Shown: piece after piece, positions 51,214-61,839 of the stretch
How the letters are laid out: the number at the start of each line of letters is the position of its first letter
How positions within the stretch are numbered: the stretch's first letter is position 1
Source: Myxococcota bacterium
Lineage (GTDB): Bacteria; Myxococcota_A; UBA9160; UBA4427
Direction: 5' to 3'
Length of the DNA: 64,000 nucleotides
Assembly (NCBI GenBank): GCA_965250285.1
Contig: OZ252299.1
Coordinates: 1,600,001-1,664,000 of the forward strand
The notes under the pieces: generated by a model
Databases searched by the model: none
Told to the model about the DNA's origin: nothing
Seen by the model: the letters and a program-made list of their open reading frames with translations, nothing else
Translations under genes and position numbers: made by a program

Positions 51214-51771
51214 TCACTGGCCCGCCGGCGCGATGGCCACGACGCTGTAGGCGACGGCATCGCGCGGCCCGGGGTTGTGATACGCGTGCTTCTGATCGCC
51301 GCGAAACACGACCACGTCGCCCGGAGCGAGGTCGAAGGTCTCACCGCCCGCCGAGAGCACGACGCTGCCACGCTCGCAGGTCAGATACTCGCGCGTGCCC
51401 GGGGTGTGGGGCACACCGCGCAGGTGCGAGCCCGCAGGCAGGTCCATTCGCTCGATCTCGAGACCGGCCAGCTTCTCGGGCAGCAGCCGTCGCACGGTCA
51501 CACCCGTGCGCGTGCGCGCGTGCAGCTCGTCCTTGCGGTAGATGCGGCCGACCTGGCGGGGTGGCCCGATCAGCTCTTCGATCGACACCTGCAGGGCCGA
51601 AGCCACCTTCACGAGCACGGCGAGGGTCGGGTTCGAAGAGCCCGACTCGAGCGTGGCCCACGTCGGACGGGGCACGCTCGAGAGCTGCGAGGCCTGCTCC
51701 TGGGTCAGTCCACGCGCTTCGCGCAGCTGGCGAATGTTCTCGGCGAGATTGAGCGCGACATCCCGGGCCAT
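51214..51771 (-). CDS. XRE-family HTH regulator with cupin domain
   Basis: IRQLREARGLTQ...LESGSSNPTL; HTPGTREY...GDVVVFRGDQKHAYHN. Confidence 0.88.
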   Translation of the reverse strand: MARDVALNLAENIRQLREARGLTQEQASQLSSVPRPTWATLESGSSNPTLAVLVKVASALQVSIEELIGPPRQVGRIYRKDELHARTRTGVTVRRLLPEKLAGLEIERMDLPAGSHLRGVPHTPGTREYLTCERGSVVLSAGGETFDLAPGDVVVFRGDQKHAYHNPGPRDAVAYSVVAIAPAGQ

Positions 51772-51836
51772 GACGACAGCATACCGGGCCTGTCGCAGAA
51801 CGGGCCAAATTGTCGATGCGTCGACAGCTGGCTCGT

Positions 51837-53105
<1,269 letters not shown>

Positions 53106-53180
53106 GGGGGCTCCTGTGGATCGGGTCGCTCGTGGGGTGCGACCCGGTCGAGGCTAGCAGGGCCATCCGCACGCACGGGG

Positions 53181-56093
53181 TCAACCAGCCGACGGGGCCT
53201 CGCCCTCGGCGCTCGGCACCGCCGGCATCCGCGGCAGCGGCCGCGGGAGCACCGGAGCATGGATCACCGGAAGCCGTTCGGTCGGCGGCAGCCCCGGCGG
53301 TGTCCACTGGCCGTCTCCGTCGGCGTCGATCCGGATCACGTTGCTGAAGGCGAAGGGGGTGAAGCCCGGAAGCACGCTGCGATAGACGCCTGAATCCGAT
53401 GCCCGCCCGATCACCTCGACGAACACGAATGCATCGCGCTCGAAACGCAGCCGCTGACGGATCGGTCGCCCGGGCACGAGCCGCGCGCGATGCGCCCGGT
53501 CTCCGTTCACGTAGATGAACGCCGAGTCGACGGGCACCCACGGCGCGGCGTGCACCGAGACCGACAGCACGCCGTCGCGCATCGTCACCATCTCACCCGG
53601 TCCGGCCCCGTCGAGGCGCACGTCGAGCAGGGGACCGGTCGTGCCGAACGCCCGGCCTTCGCGCAGGCTGGCGACGAAGGCCGCCTCGTCGAAGTCGGCG
53701 CCGAGGTCGCCGTCGTAGGCGACGTAGGTGCGCGGGATCGCGGCCGTCGAGCCCAGGTGATGGGTGTCGCTGTTCGCCGTGCCGGTGCGCGCCTCGCCCT
53801 GAAGATGCCACGCGACCCAGTCGGCCCGGGTGCGGGCGTAGGCCTCGAAGTCGGTGCCGTTCATCAGCTCGATCGCGTCGAAGTCGAGATCGCGCACGCC
53901 GGTGGTCGCGTCGGGCTCGATCAGGCTCACGTTGGCCGGGTCGTCGAGCGGGAGGTCGGGCCGGTGGCCGGCGCCGACGTGGCCGAGGTGCGCGAGGTAG
54001 GCGCCGTTTCCGCCATCGACGCCGCCTTCGCGCGGATGGTTCAGCTGGAAGAGCGGCGGCCCGTCGAGCGCGTGCACCGAGGCGATCACGTCGCGGATGC
54101 GCCGCCCCTCGTGATCGGGAATGCCCTCGCGAAACGCGGTCGGATCGGGGACGAGCGGGAACACGTTGGCGTGTCCGATCGTGAACGGAGCGACCTCGCT
54201 CGTGGCCGTGCCGGTCAGCTCGCTCCCGACGATCGTCGTGACGCGCTGGTCGAGGCCGAGTCGCCGCAAAGTCGGCCCGAGGTCGAAGGCGCGATCGTGG
54301 TCGGTTCCAACGAGCACCTGCGCGCCCGAAGCGGCGAACGCGCGCAGTTGATCCTCGGGTCGCGTCGACGTGTCGTCGCTCGCAGCCGTGTGGACATGCA
54401 GGTCCGCCGAGACCCAGCCGGGCAGGCTGATCATGCGCTGGGGCGTGTCGATTTCGAGCGCAGCGGGCTCGCCCGGGCGCACGACGATCTCGGCCTCGGT
54501 GACCGCGTACTCGGGGCCTCGAGTGGCATACACGCGGTAGCGGCCGCTCGGCAGCACCACGTGCTCGGGGTCGTCGACGACGCCGCCGAGCGGGATGTCG
54601 TTGCGCGACTGGGGACTCGGCAGTCGCTGGAAACCCAGCGCGAAATCCATCCCGTCGTCGCCGAAGACCGGGTCGAGGGTGGGGGCGATGCCCTCGAAGA
54701 CGAGGCGCACCGGTCCCATGCGCGGGAGTTCGACGATGGCGGGTGGCTGAAACGCGAGTGAGCCGAGGTCGACGCCCTCGGGCGCCGCGGCGACGGTGCG
54801 GCGCAGGCGCCGTCCGTCGGGCACGCGGAACGTCAGCTCGAAGGGGCCCCGCATGCCCTCGGGCAGGCGAAACGAGAAGCGGCCGTCGGCTTCGGGGGCG
54901 ACGAACGTCACGGGCCGACCGCTGGCATCGCGCACGTGAATGCGTGCTTCGGGCGAGTCGACGCGGCCATGCACGCGGGGCCCGTCGGCCCAGATGCGCG
55001 ACGTGATCGACGCGACGTCGGCATGCGGTGACACGACGATCTCGCGTTCGGAGACGAGCGTCTCGCCCTCGCGTACGTCCATGAATGCGCTCTGCGCCAG
55101 CTCGATCAGGCCCGGTTCGCCCGGCTGGTCGCCGATCCACGGCGGGCGGGCCAGGTGCGCGAGCATGGTGAAGTGACGCCCGTTGAGGCCCATCGTGCGA
55201 ATCGGGCGTCGCTCTCCGTCTCGTCCGACCAGTTCGGCGCGCACCGCGCGCCAGCCGTACGTGATGCCCAGCTCGGAGGCGGGCGCGCTCACCAGCACTT
55301 GCAGGTCGGCGCGCACGAGCGCGCGCGCGGTGCGCATGAAGTCGTTCATGTCGACGTCGGGGTGCTCGAAGCCAAGGCTCAGCTCGGGCTCGTCGAGCGA
55401 CGCCGTGAACGCGCTCAGCTGACGATTGCCGTGCAGCATCACATCGCCGAACAAGAAGACGGCCTCACCGTCGCCCGTGCGCGTGATCTCGGTGCGAATG
55501 CCCAGGCGGTCGGGCCGGGCGTGATCGACGAAGTACGTCGTCACGATCTCGAGCCCCTGCTGGCGCGCGCGGGTGACGATGCGCGCTTCGCTTGCGTCGA
55601 CCTCGGCCTCGATCTCGTCGACGACCACCGCGAGATTGCGTGACAGGTTCAGCAGGGGATGGAGCACCACGAACTCGTCGTCGTCGCGTCCGCAGTGACC
55701 GAGGTCGACCAGCACGCCGCCCCGGGTCGAGACACCCATCTCGTGCGCCGGGTCGGCGATCGCCGCGCAGATCACGCCGTTGCCGAGCGTCCAGTCGCCG
55801 ACGCCGGCTACGGCATCGGGCCCGCCGACGCGCAGCGCACCGACGTTCTCGTGCGTGAGCCGGGTCGCGAAGAGCGCAGCGGGGCCGTCTGCGTCGGCCG
55901 ACGCCCCGATCGCGAGCAGCAGGAGCACAGCGAGCACGCCGCCGATCGACCGGCCTCGGTGGCTCGGTTCGCCCCATTTCTTGCGCCGCGGCGCCCGGTG
56001 CTGGGCCTTGCGCGCCGCGTGCCTCGGCAGGTCGTTTCGCCCAATCGAGCGACAGCGGCAGGACGGGGGCACGAAGGGGCGGGGCGGGAGCAC
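53181..56093 (-). CDS. Secreted CehA/McbA-family (PHP-like) metallohydrolase; start uncertain (possibly GTG 55937)
   Basis: GWVSADLHVH, TDHD, GHANVFPL, LNHPR, DFDAIELMNG, NSDTH, GTTGPLL. Confidence 0.75.
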   Translation of the reverse strand: MLPPRPFVPPSCRCRSIGRNDLPRHAARKAQHRAPRRKKWGEPSHRGRSIGGVLAVLLLLAIGASADADGPAALFATRLTHENVGALRVGGPDAVAGVGDWTLGNGVICAAIADPAHEMGVSTRGGVLVDLGHCGRDDDEFVVLHPLLNLSRNLAVVVDEIEAEVDASEARIVTRARQQGLEIVTTYFVDHARPDRLGIRTEITRTGDGEAVFLFGDVMLHGNRQLSAFTASLDEPELSLGFEHPDVDMNDFMRTARALVRADLQVLVSAPASELGITYGWRAVRAELVGRDGERRPIRTMGLNGRHFTMLAHLARPPWIGDQPGEPGLIELAQSAFMDVREGETLVSEREIVVSPHADVASITSRIWADGPRVHGRVDSPEARIHVRDASGRPVTFVAPEADGRFSFRLPEGMRGPFELTFRVPDGRRLRRTVAAAPEGVDLGSLAFQPPAIVELPRMGPVRLVFEGIAPTLDPVFGDDGMDFALGFQRLPSPQSRNDIPLGGVVDDPEHVVLPSGRYRVYATRGPEYAVTEAEIVVRPGEPAALEIDTPQRMISLPGWVSADLHVHTAASDDTSTRPEDQLRAFAASGAQVLVGTDHDRAFDLGPTLRRLGLDQRVTTIVGSELTGTATSEVAPFTIGHANVFPLVPDPTAFREGIPDHEGRRIRDVIASVHALDGPPLFQLNHPREGGVDGGNGAYLAHLGHVGAGHRPDLPLDDPANVSLIEPDATTGVRDLDFDAIELMNGTDFEAYARTRADWVAWHLQGEARTGTANSDTHHLGSTAAIPRTYVAYDGDLGADFDEAAFVASLREGRAFGTTGPLLDVRLDGAGPGEMVTMRDGVLSVSVHAAPWVPVDSAFIYVNGDRAHRARLVPGRPIRQRLRFERDAFVFVEVIGRASDSGVYRSVLPGFTPFAFSNVIRIDADGDGQWTPPGLPPTERLPVIHAPVLPRPLPRMPAVPSAEGEAPSAG

Positions 56094-56222
56094 GGCCGGA
56101 GAGTAGCGGCGGCCCGGGCGACCGCCCGAGCCCGGGCGCGCCGCAAGTGGGCGGGAACGTTGCCGGGACAGGGGGTTTCGTCCTAAGCTGCGAGTGATCT
56201 CGACCGGGGGGGAGGGGATCTT

Positions 56223-56891
56223 TTGGGGCGAAGCGCCTACGGATCACGGGGCGCGTACGGGGTGGCGCGTCGCAGGCTCGTCGAGCGCCTGCAGACGGCC
56301 GGCATCCACGATGCGCGGGTCCTCGACGCGTTCCTGCAGGTCCCGCGGCACGAGTGGGTGCCGGGGACGCTGCGGACCGAGGCGTATCGAGATACGCCGC
56401 TCCCCATCGGCGAGGGGCAGACGATCTCGGCGCCCGGCATCGTCGCCTCGATGACGCAGGCCCTCGAACTCGAGGGCGACGAGAAGGTGCTCGAGATCGG
56501 CACCGGGTCGGGCTTTCAGGCCGCGATCCTGTCGCCGCTCTGCCGCCGGATCGACTCGATCGAACGCATCCCCGAGCTCGCGAGTGCCGCACGCAGCGTG
56601 CTCGATCGCATGGGCGTGCGGAACGTCCAGTGCTTCGTCGGCGACGGAACCCGAGGGCGCCCCGAAGGCGCTCCCTATGACCGCGTGATCGTCACGGCCG
56701 GGGGGCCGGAGATTCCTCCGCGATTGCTCGGCCAGCTGGCCGATGGAGGGGTGCTGGTCGGCCCCTTCGGTGGTCGAGACGTGCAGGAGCTCGTGCGCAT
56801 TCGGCGCACGGGGCGCACGCAGTTCAGCCGAGAGGTGCTCGGTCTGTGTCAGTTCGTGGATCTCATCGGCGAGGATGGCTGGGCCGCCTGA
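56223..56891 (+). CDS. pcm: Protein-L-isoaspartate O-methyltransferase
   Basis: VPRH, PIGEGQTIS, VLEIGTGSGFQAA, APYDRVIVTA. Confidence 0.93.
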   Translation: MGRSAYGSRGAYGVARRRLVERLQTAGIHDARVLDAFLQVPRHEWVPGTLRTEAYRDTPLPIGEGQTISAPGIVASMTQALELEGDEKVLEIGTGSGFQAAILSPLCRRIDSIERIPELASAARSVLDRMGVRNVQCFVGDGTRGRPEGAPYDRVIVTAGGPEIPPRLLGQLADGGVLVGPFGGRDVQELVRIRRTGRTQFSREVLGLCQFVDLIGEDGWAA

Positions 56892-57673
56892 GCCCGCCTG
56901 CGCGCTCGGTCGACCGCGCCGCCGCCGATCCGCGAGGAGGGCGTCGGGCGCCCGGTCGCGCGCGCCGACGTTTCGGCGTCGCGCTGCTCGCCTGCGTGCT
57001 GGTCGCGTCGTGCACGCTCGCGTGTGCATCGTCGGGCGGGGGGCAGTATTACCGCATCCGCAAGGGCGACAACCTCTACCGCATCGGTCTCGCGCATGGT
57101 GTGAGTGCGGAGGACATCGCGCGCGAGAACGGGATCCGCGACGTCACGGCGATCAGCGTGGGCCAGGTCATCTGGGTGCCGGCCGCGAAGCCCGGAGCGC
57201 GGCCGACGCGCAAGCCGACGGCCAGCGCATCCGCGGGCAAGCCGGGGACCTCGTCATCAGCCGCACGCAACGCGGCCCGCGAGGAGGCCCGGCGCAGCTC
57301 GCAGCTCGCGTTCCGTTGGCCCGTCGACAAGCCCACGCTGACGTCACGCTTCGGTCGGCGTCGCGGCCGCCCGCACGACGGCATCGATCTCGGCGCGAGG
57401 CGCGGCACACCGATCCGCGCGGCCGAGGCGGGCAAGGTCATCCACGCCGGCTGGCTCGGCGACTACGGGCGCGTGGTGATCGTGAAGCACGCCGGCCACT
57501 ACAGCACCGTCTACGCCCACGCGAACAAGCTCCATGTGAAGAAGGGGCAGTTCGTCGACAAGGGCGATCGCATCGCCGAGGTCGGCAGCAGCGGCAAGTC
57601 GACCGGTCCGCACCTTCACTTCGAGGTGCGCAAGCGCGAAGTGGCTCAGGACCCGATGCTGTACCTTCCGTGA
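56846..57673 (+). CDS. LysM/M23 peptidase lipoprotein (NlpD-like); start uncertain
   Basis: Lipobox-like TLAC, LysM (KGDNLYRI), HDGIDL, VYAH, TGPHLHFEVR. Confidence 0.85.
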   Translation: MSVRGSHRRGWLGRLSPPARSVDRAAADPRGGRRAPGRARRRFGVALLACVLVASCTLACASSGGGQYYRIRKGDNLYRIGLAHGVSAEDIARENGIRDVTAISVGQVIWVPAAKPGARPTRKPTASASAGKPGTSSSAARNAAREEARRSSQLAFRWPVDKPTLTSRFGRRRGRPHDGIDLGARRGTPIRAAEAGKVIHAGWLGDYGRVVIVKHAGHYSTVYAHANKLHVKKGQFVDKGDRIAEVGSSGKSTGPHLHFEVRKREVAQDPMLYLP

Positions 57674-57764
57674 TCAAAAGCCGACGGGATCGCAGGATCG
57701 GCCGCGCCGATCGCGCCCCGAGGACCCTGCCGCCGAGCGGCCCGAGACCGATAGGAGACCCCCT

Positions 57765-58301
57765 GTGGCCGACCTCGATGCGGCGCGCAAGACCGTCGAC
57801 GGGCTGATCCGCGACATCCCCGACTTTCCCCAGCCAGGCATCGTCTTCAAGGATCTGACGCCCGTACTCGGCTCGGCGACCGCACTCGAGCAGGGCGTGC
57901 AGGCGATCATCGAGCCCTATCGAGGCGAGGGCATCGATCGGGTGGTCGGGATCGAGGCGCGCGGGTTCCTGTTCGGCGTGCCCGCCGCGATCGCTCTGGG
58001 TGCCGGTTTCGTGCCGGCACGCAAGCCCGGCAAGCTTCCCTACGAGACGCAGAGCGTTCACTATGAGCTCGAGTACGGTACGGGCTCACTCGAGATCCAC
58101 GTCGACGCGATCCGCAAGGGGGAGCGGGTGCTGATCGTCGACGACCTGCTCGCGACCGGTGGCACCGCCGGCGCCGCGCGGCAACTCGTGACCGAGGCCG
58201 GTGGTGAGATCGTCGGCTTCTCGTTTCTGGTCGAGCTCGACTTCCTGAAGGGGCGTTCGCGTCTCGACGGCGCACGCATCGAGAGCCTGGTGCACTACTA
58301 G
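57765..58301 (+). CDS. apt: Adenine phosphoribosyltransferase
   Basis: IPDFPQPGIVFKD, EARGF, RKPGKLP, VDDLLATGGT. Confidence 0.96.
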   Translation: MADLDAARKTVDGLIRDIPDFPQPGIVFKDLTPVLGSATALEQGVQAIIEPYRGEGIDRVVGIEARGFLFGVPAAIALGAGFVPARKPGKLPYETQSVHYELEYGTGSLEIHVDAIRKGERVLIVDDLLATGGTAGAARQLVTEAGGEIVGFSFLVELDFLKGRSRLDGARIESLVHY

Positions 58302-58330
58302 CCGCGTGATCCGGTACCCTGCGGCGCCAG

Positions 58331-58404
58331 GCCCTCGTAGCTCAGCTGGATAGAGCAGCCGCCTCCTAAGCGGCAGGTCAGAGGTTCGAATCCTCTCGGG
58401 GGCA
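58331..58404 (+). tRNA. tRNA-Arg(CCT), CCA not encoded
   Basis: GCCCTCG/CGGGGGC acceptor stem, GCCGC-CTCCTAA-GCGGC anticodon arm, GGTTCGAATCC; followed by CCC. Confidence 0.93.
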
Positions 58405-58462
58405 CCCCCACACTGGCGAGCCCGTGCGTTCGGACTCGCGCCCGGGCCGCGCGCCGTGTATC

Positions 58463-58554
58463 GCGCGCGGGCGTCATCCAAGGGCCGTGAAAGCCGAAAG
58501 GCAGGCGCCGCGCTCAGCGCTCGGGCGTCATCCAGTTGCCGTGAAAGCCGAAGG
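58463..58554 (-). repeat. Direct duplication (54-bp period) of the carotenoid oxygenase 3' end
   Basis: gcgcgcgggcgtcatccaagggccgtgaaagccgaaag (58463-58500) vs gcgctcgggcgtcatccagttgccgtgaaagccgaagg (58517-58554). Confidence 0.85.
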
Positions 58555-59902
58555 GGACGCGGCGCGGCAGCGCAATGCGCGCGATCGGTCCGGCAGCGAC
58601 GTCGCGGGCATCGGTGACGAGGAACTCGCTCGAGCCGCCGTCCTGGCTGTGCGCGTAACCCACGATCCAACCGGCGCGTTCGTCGCCGCTCGCATCCTCG
58701 AGGTCGGGCGCGAAGGCGACCTCGCCGAAGATGCGACCCGGCTCGGACCACGTCGTCTCGGTGCCGCGCTCGAGGTCGAGCTGCGTGAAGCCGTCGAAGT
58801 AGCCGCCGTCGCACTCGCCGGTCGAGAAGCTCGACATGTAGCCGTAGCGGTGTGCCTGGCCCGCCACCGCATCGGCGACCTTGCAGAACTCTCCCGGCAG
58901 CTCGCTCAGACGACGCAGGCCGACCTCGCCGGCAGCGAGATCGACGGTCCACTCGTGCATGTACGTGTTGACGTCGAGGCCTTCGGGCGGAGCGTCATTG
59001 TCGAAGTCGAGGCCGACCCAGGGCGCGGGCGTGCCGAAGATGCGCACGGTATCGCCCTCGGTCCACGCGTTGAGGAAGTGGAACACGTAGGCGGTCGGGA
59101 TCTCGAACCACTGCATGTCCTCGGCGCCGCCCGCGCGGGGCATGATGCCCACGCGCGTGCCCTCTTCGGGCTTCCAGTGGATGACCGTGCCCGTCTCGGC
59201 GAAGCCGTGAAAGTCGAACACCGCGGGTGAATCGAAGAGAACGACGTGCTCTCTCGTCACCAGGAAGTCGTGGATCATGATCGGGTTGGGGAGGTCGAGA
59301 TCGACGCTGCGCACCAGCTTGCCCTGTGCGTCGACCTCGTGATAGCGGACGTAGGGCGGCAGCGGCGAATAGCCAAAGAACAGCAGCTTGCCATCGACGG
59401 GGTCGATGCGCGGGTGCGCCGTCATCGGGCCGTGCAGCTGGCCGGCGAAGTCGTCGAGGCCGATCGTCTCGAGGTCTTCGGTCATGGCGGTGGGCAGACC
59501 GCCCTCCCAGAGAGCGAGATAGCGCCCGGCGTGACGGATGATGTTGGTGTTGCCCGGGTTCTTCAGTCGCGGCTCCCCGTCACGGAAGATCGAGCGATCG
59601 GGCGGATTCAGATCGGTCAACCCGCCATAGATCGCGTGGCCGAGCCGGCGCTCGACCGCCAGGCCGTCGCTCTGCACCTGGCGATTGCGATAGCGCACAC
59701 GGCCGTCCTCGAAGTCGAGGCCGTGCACCATGCCATCGCCGTCGAAGAGGTGGTAGCGGCCCTTCGGTTCGAACACGGGGTTCGGTCCGTTGCGCAGATA
59801 GCGACCGCGCAGACCGCGGGGCAGCGCCCCCTCGACCCGAAGCTCGACATCGAGCTCGTCGTGCACTGGCGCGTGCACGCCCGAAAGAAATTCGCTGGCC
59901 AT
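58514..59902 (-). CDS. Carotenoid oxygenase (RPE65/lignostilbene dioxygenase) family protein
   Basis: YLRNGPNP, FDGDGMVH, TAHPRIDP, IHDF, FHFLNAW, RVPFGFHGNW (four Fe-ligand His). Confidence 0.92.
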   Translation of the reverse strand: MASEFLSGVHAPVHDELDVELRVEGALPRGLRGRYLRNGPNPVFEPKGRYHLFDGDGMVHGLDFEDGRVRYRNRQVQSDGLAVERRLGHAIYGGLTDLNPPDRSIFRDGEPRLKNPGNTNIIRHAGRYLALWEGGLPTAMTEDLETIGLDDFAGQLHGPMTAHPRIDPVDGKLLFFGYSPLPPYVRYHEVDAQGKLVRSVDLDLPNPIMIHDFLVTREHVVLFDSPAVFDFHGFAETGTVIHWKPEEGTRVGIMPRAGGAEDMQWFEIPTAYVFHFLNAWTEGDTVRIFGTPAPWVGLDFDNDAPPEGLDVNTYMHEWTVDLAAGEVGLRRLSELPGEFCKVADAVAGQAHRYGYMSSFSTGECDGGYFDGFTQLDLERGTETTWSEPGRIFGEVAFAPDLEDASGDERAGWIVGYAHSQDGGSSEFLVTDARDVAAGPIARIALPRRVPFGFHGNWMTPER

Positions 59903-60247
59903 TCGAGGGTCCTCCGACGTCGCCGGCCCGAGGCTCGGCCCGACGCCTTCAAGGTAGCGGCGCAGAGCCCCACTCGGCGGGCCAAGACGTGCAGATGCCT
60001 GCTCGAGATGTGCGAATGAGTGGCGCGATGCGCCTCGCTGTCCAGATCTGCCGTGAAGCTGCGGTCTTTCGAGGCGTCGCATTCGGAGCCACGCCCGGCG
60101 TCGTCCCGCGTCCGGATCCGTGCGCCGGGTGCGTGCCTGCCCCGCTTCGAGGCATCGGCATGCGGGCGGGCGTGCAGTAGAGTCGGCGCGCACCGGGTGG
60201 CGCGAGCGCAGCCGCGCTTCCCCCGTCGGATCGCCATGGAGTGAGAT

Positions 60248-61090
60248 GTGGATTTCCAGGACGTGATCGGGTTGGGTGTCGCGGGCAACTTTGCCGGACA
60301 TCTCGAACAGGCCGGCGAGGCGAGCGACTTCGTCGACGTCGACGTGAAGGAGGCCCACGCGCCAAAGGGGCTGTTTCCGTTCTACGTGCCCGGCGCGACC
60401 GGTCGACAGATCGGGGTGTATCCGATCTCGAGTGATCGGCTCGCGCTCGCCGGGCCGGGTGAGACCCTTCAGATCGAGCCCGAGGTGGCGCTGCTCTGCG
60501 ATCTCGTCGCCGACGGTGACCGAATCACGGCGGTGGCCCCGCGCGCCTTCGCCGCGCACGACGACTGCTCGATCCGGCGCGATGGGGCGAGCAAGATCAG
60601 CGAGAAGAAGAACTGGGGCGCGTGCACGAAGGGAACGTCGGCGCACCTGATCGACATCGATCGCTTCGAGCCCGGCGGTGTGCTCGATCGCTACCGCATC
60701 GCGTCTTTCCTGGTGCGCGGCGACATCGTTCAGGCCTACGGCCAGGACAGCCCCGCCTCGAGCTACAGCTACTTCCACGGTCAGCTGCTCGACTGGATCG
60801 CCGAGAAGCTGAACGACCAGGAGGATGCCGGCCCCCTCGAAGACGTCGGGGCGTTGTGGCGCGAGGCCGGTCGACCGGCGCGTGCGCTCATCAGCATCGG
60901 CGCCACGCGCTACACCGAGTTCGGCGAGACGACGTACCTCGAGGCCGGTGACCGTGCCGTCGTCGTCGTCTATGACGGAGACGAGGCCGATGAAGCCTCG
61001 ATTCGTCTCGAGCTCGCGGCCGGTCGGCTCGAGTCGGGCCCCGGTCGGTCGGTCCTGGATCAGCGGGTCGTGCCCGCTGGCGAAGCATGA
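60248..61090 (+). CDS. DUF5718-like protein
   Basis: IGLGVAGNFAGHLEQAGEA, PKGLFPFY, QIEPEVAL, DCSIR, KISEKKNWG, ISIGATRYT. Confidence 0.7.
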   Translation: MDFQDVIGLGVAGNFAGHLEQAGEASDFVDVDVKEAHAPKGLFPFYVPGATGRQIGVYPISSDRLALAGPGETLQIEPEVALLCDLVADGDRITAVAPRAFAAHDDCSIRRDGASKISEKKNWGACTKGTSAHLIDIDRFEPGGVLDRYRIASFLVRGDIVQAYGQDSPASSYSYFHGQLLDWIAEKLNDQEDAGPLEDVGALWREAGRPARALISIGATRYTEFGETTYLEAGDRAVVVVYDGDEADEASIRLELAAGRLESGPGRSVLDQRVVPAGEA

Positions 61091-61713
61091 GCAGCGCACG
61101 GGACGATCGTCGACGCCACGCACCGCTGGCGATGGGCGTCGCTCTGCTGTGTATCGCGTGGCTCTTTCTGGCGGCGTGGGGGGCGTCCCAGTATCGCCAG
61201 GCGACGCACCGAGGGCCCGTTCTCTATGCGCCGCTCTCCGTCGCGGTCGACGCCAGCGATGGCACGATCTACTGCGCCAGCGGGGCCGGTCGGGTTCACC
61301 TGTACGGGCCGAACGGGCGCGGCCGCGGTGCCTTCGTGGTCGAGACGGGTGGCGCGCCGTTTCGGCTTTCGGCCGAAGGGGCGGGCCGAGTTGCCCTGGC
61401 CGTCGAAGGGCGCGCCCAGGTGCGGGTCTATGATGAGGGGGGGCGGGTGGTCGAGGAGCGAGCAGACCCGGGTGCGTTCGCGCGTTTCGCCGCGGCCGAG
61501 GCGGCGCGCGCGGGCGCGCCGGGGATCCAGCTCGACGAGCGCGGCGCCCTGGTCGCCCAACGGGACGGCGCCGTCGAGGTGCTCGTGCCCGCGCTCCCGT
61601 TCCCGCTCTCGTTCTTCGCCGTGGCTCCGTGGACCATCGTCTTCTCGCTGTTCTTCAGCGCGCTCGGCCTGATGGCGGCCTTCGTCTGGCCGTTCCTCGT
61701 CCCGACGGAGTGA
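61087..61713 (+). CDS. Hypothetical membrane protein with NHL/beta-propeller-like segment
   Basis: TM helices at both ends; PLSVAVDASDGTIYC...RVHLYGPNG; ATGA overlap with the upstream gene. Confidence 0.55.
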   Translation: MSSARDDRRRHAPLAMGVALLCIAWLFLAAWGASQYRQATHRGPVLYAPLSVAVDASDGTIYCASGAGRVHLYGPNGRGRGAFVVETGGAPFRLSAEGAGRVALAVEGRAQVRVYDEGGRVVEERADPGAFARFAAAEAARAGAPGIQLDERGALVAQRDGAVEVLVPALPFPLSFFAVAPWTIVFSLFFSALGLMAAFVWPFLVPTE

Positions 61714-61839
61714 GCCGGGTGTCGCGCTCCGGTCGGTCGTGAGCGCTTCGACCGGGCGGAGACGTCGGTCGCCCGCGCGCGTGGGGCGTGCGATGATTCA
61801 TGCGTACGCTCCGTTTGGGCACGCCGAGGAGGGGATCGC

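Noticed and set aside
58460..58556. Possible diversity-generating retroelement TR/VR pair
   Set aside because: Too short, mismatches are not confined to adenines of the putative template, and no reverse transcriptase is in the window
59903..60247. Small ORFs in the divergent intergenic region
   Set aside because: No SD, coding bias or recognisable motif; treated as a divergent promoter region
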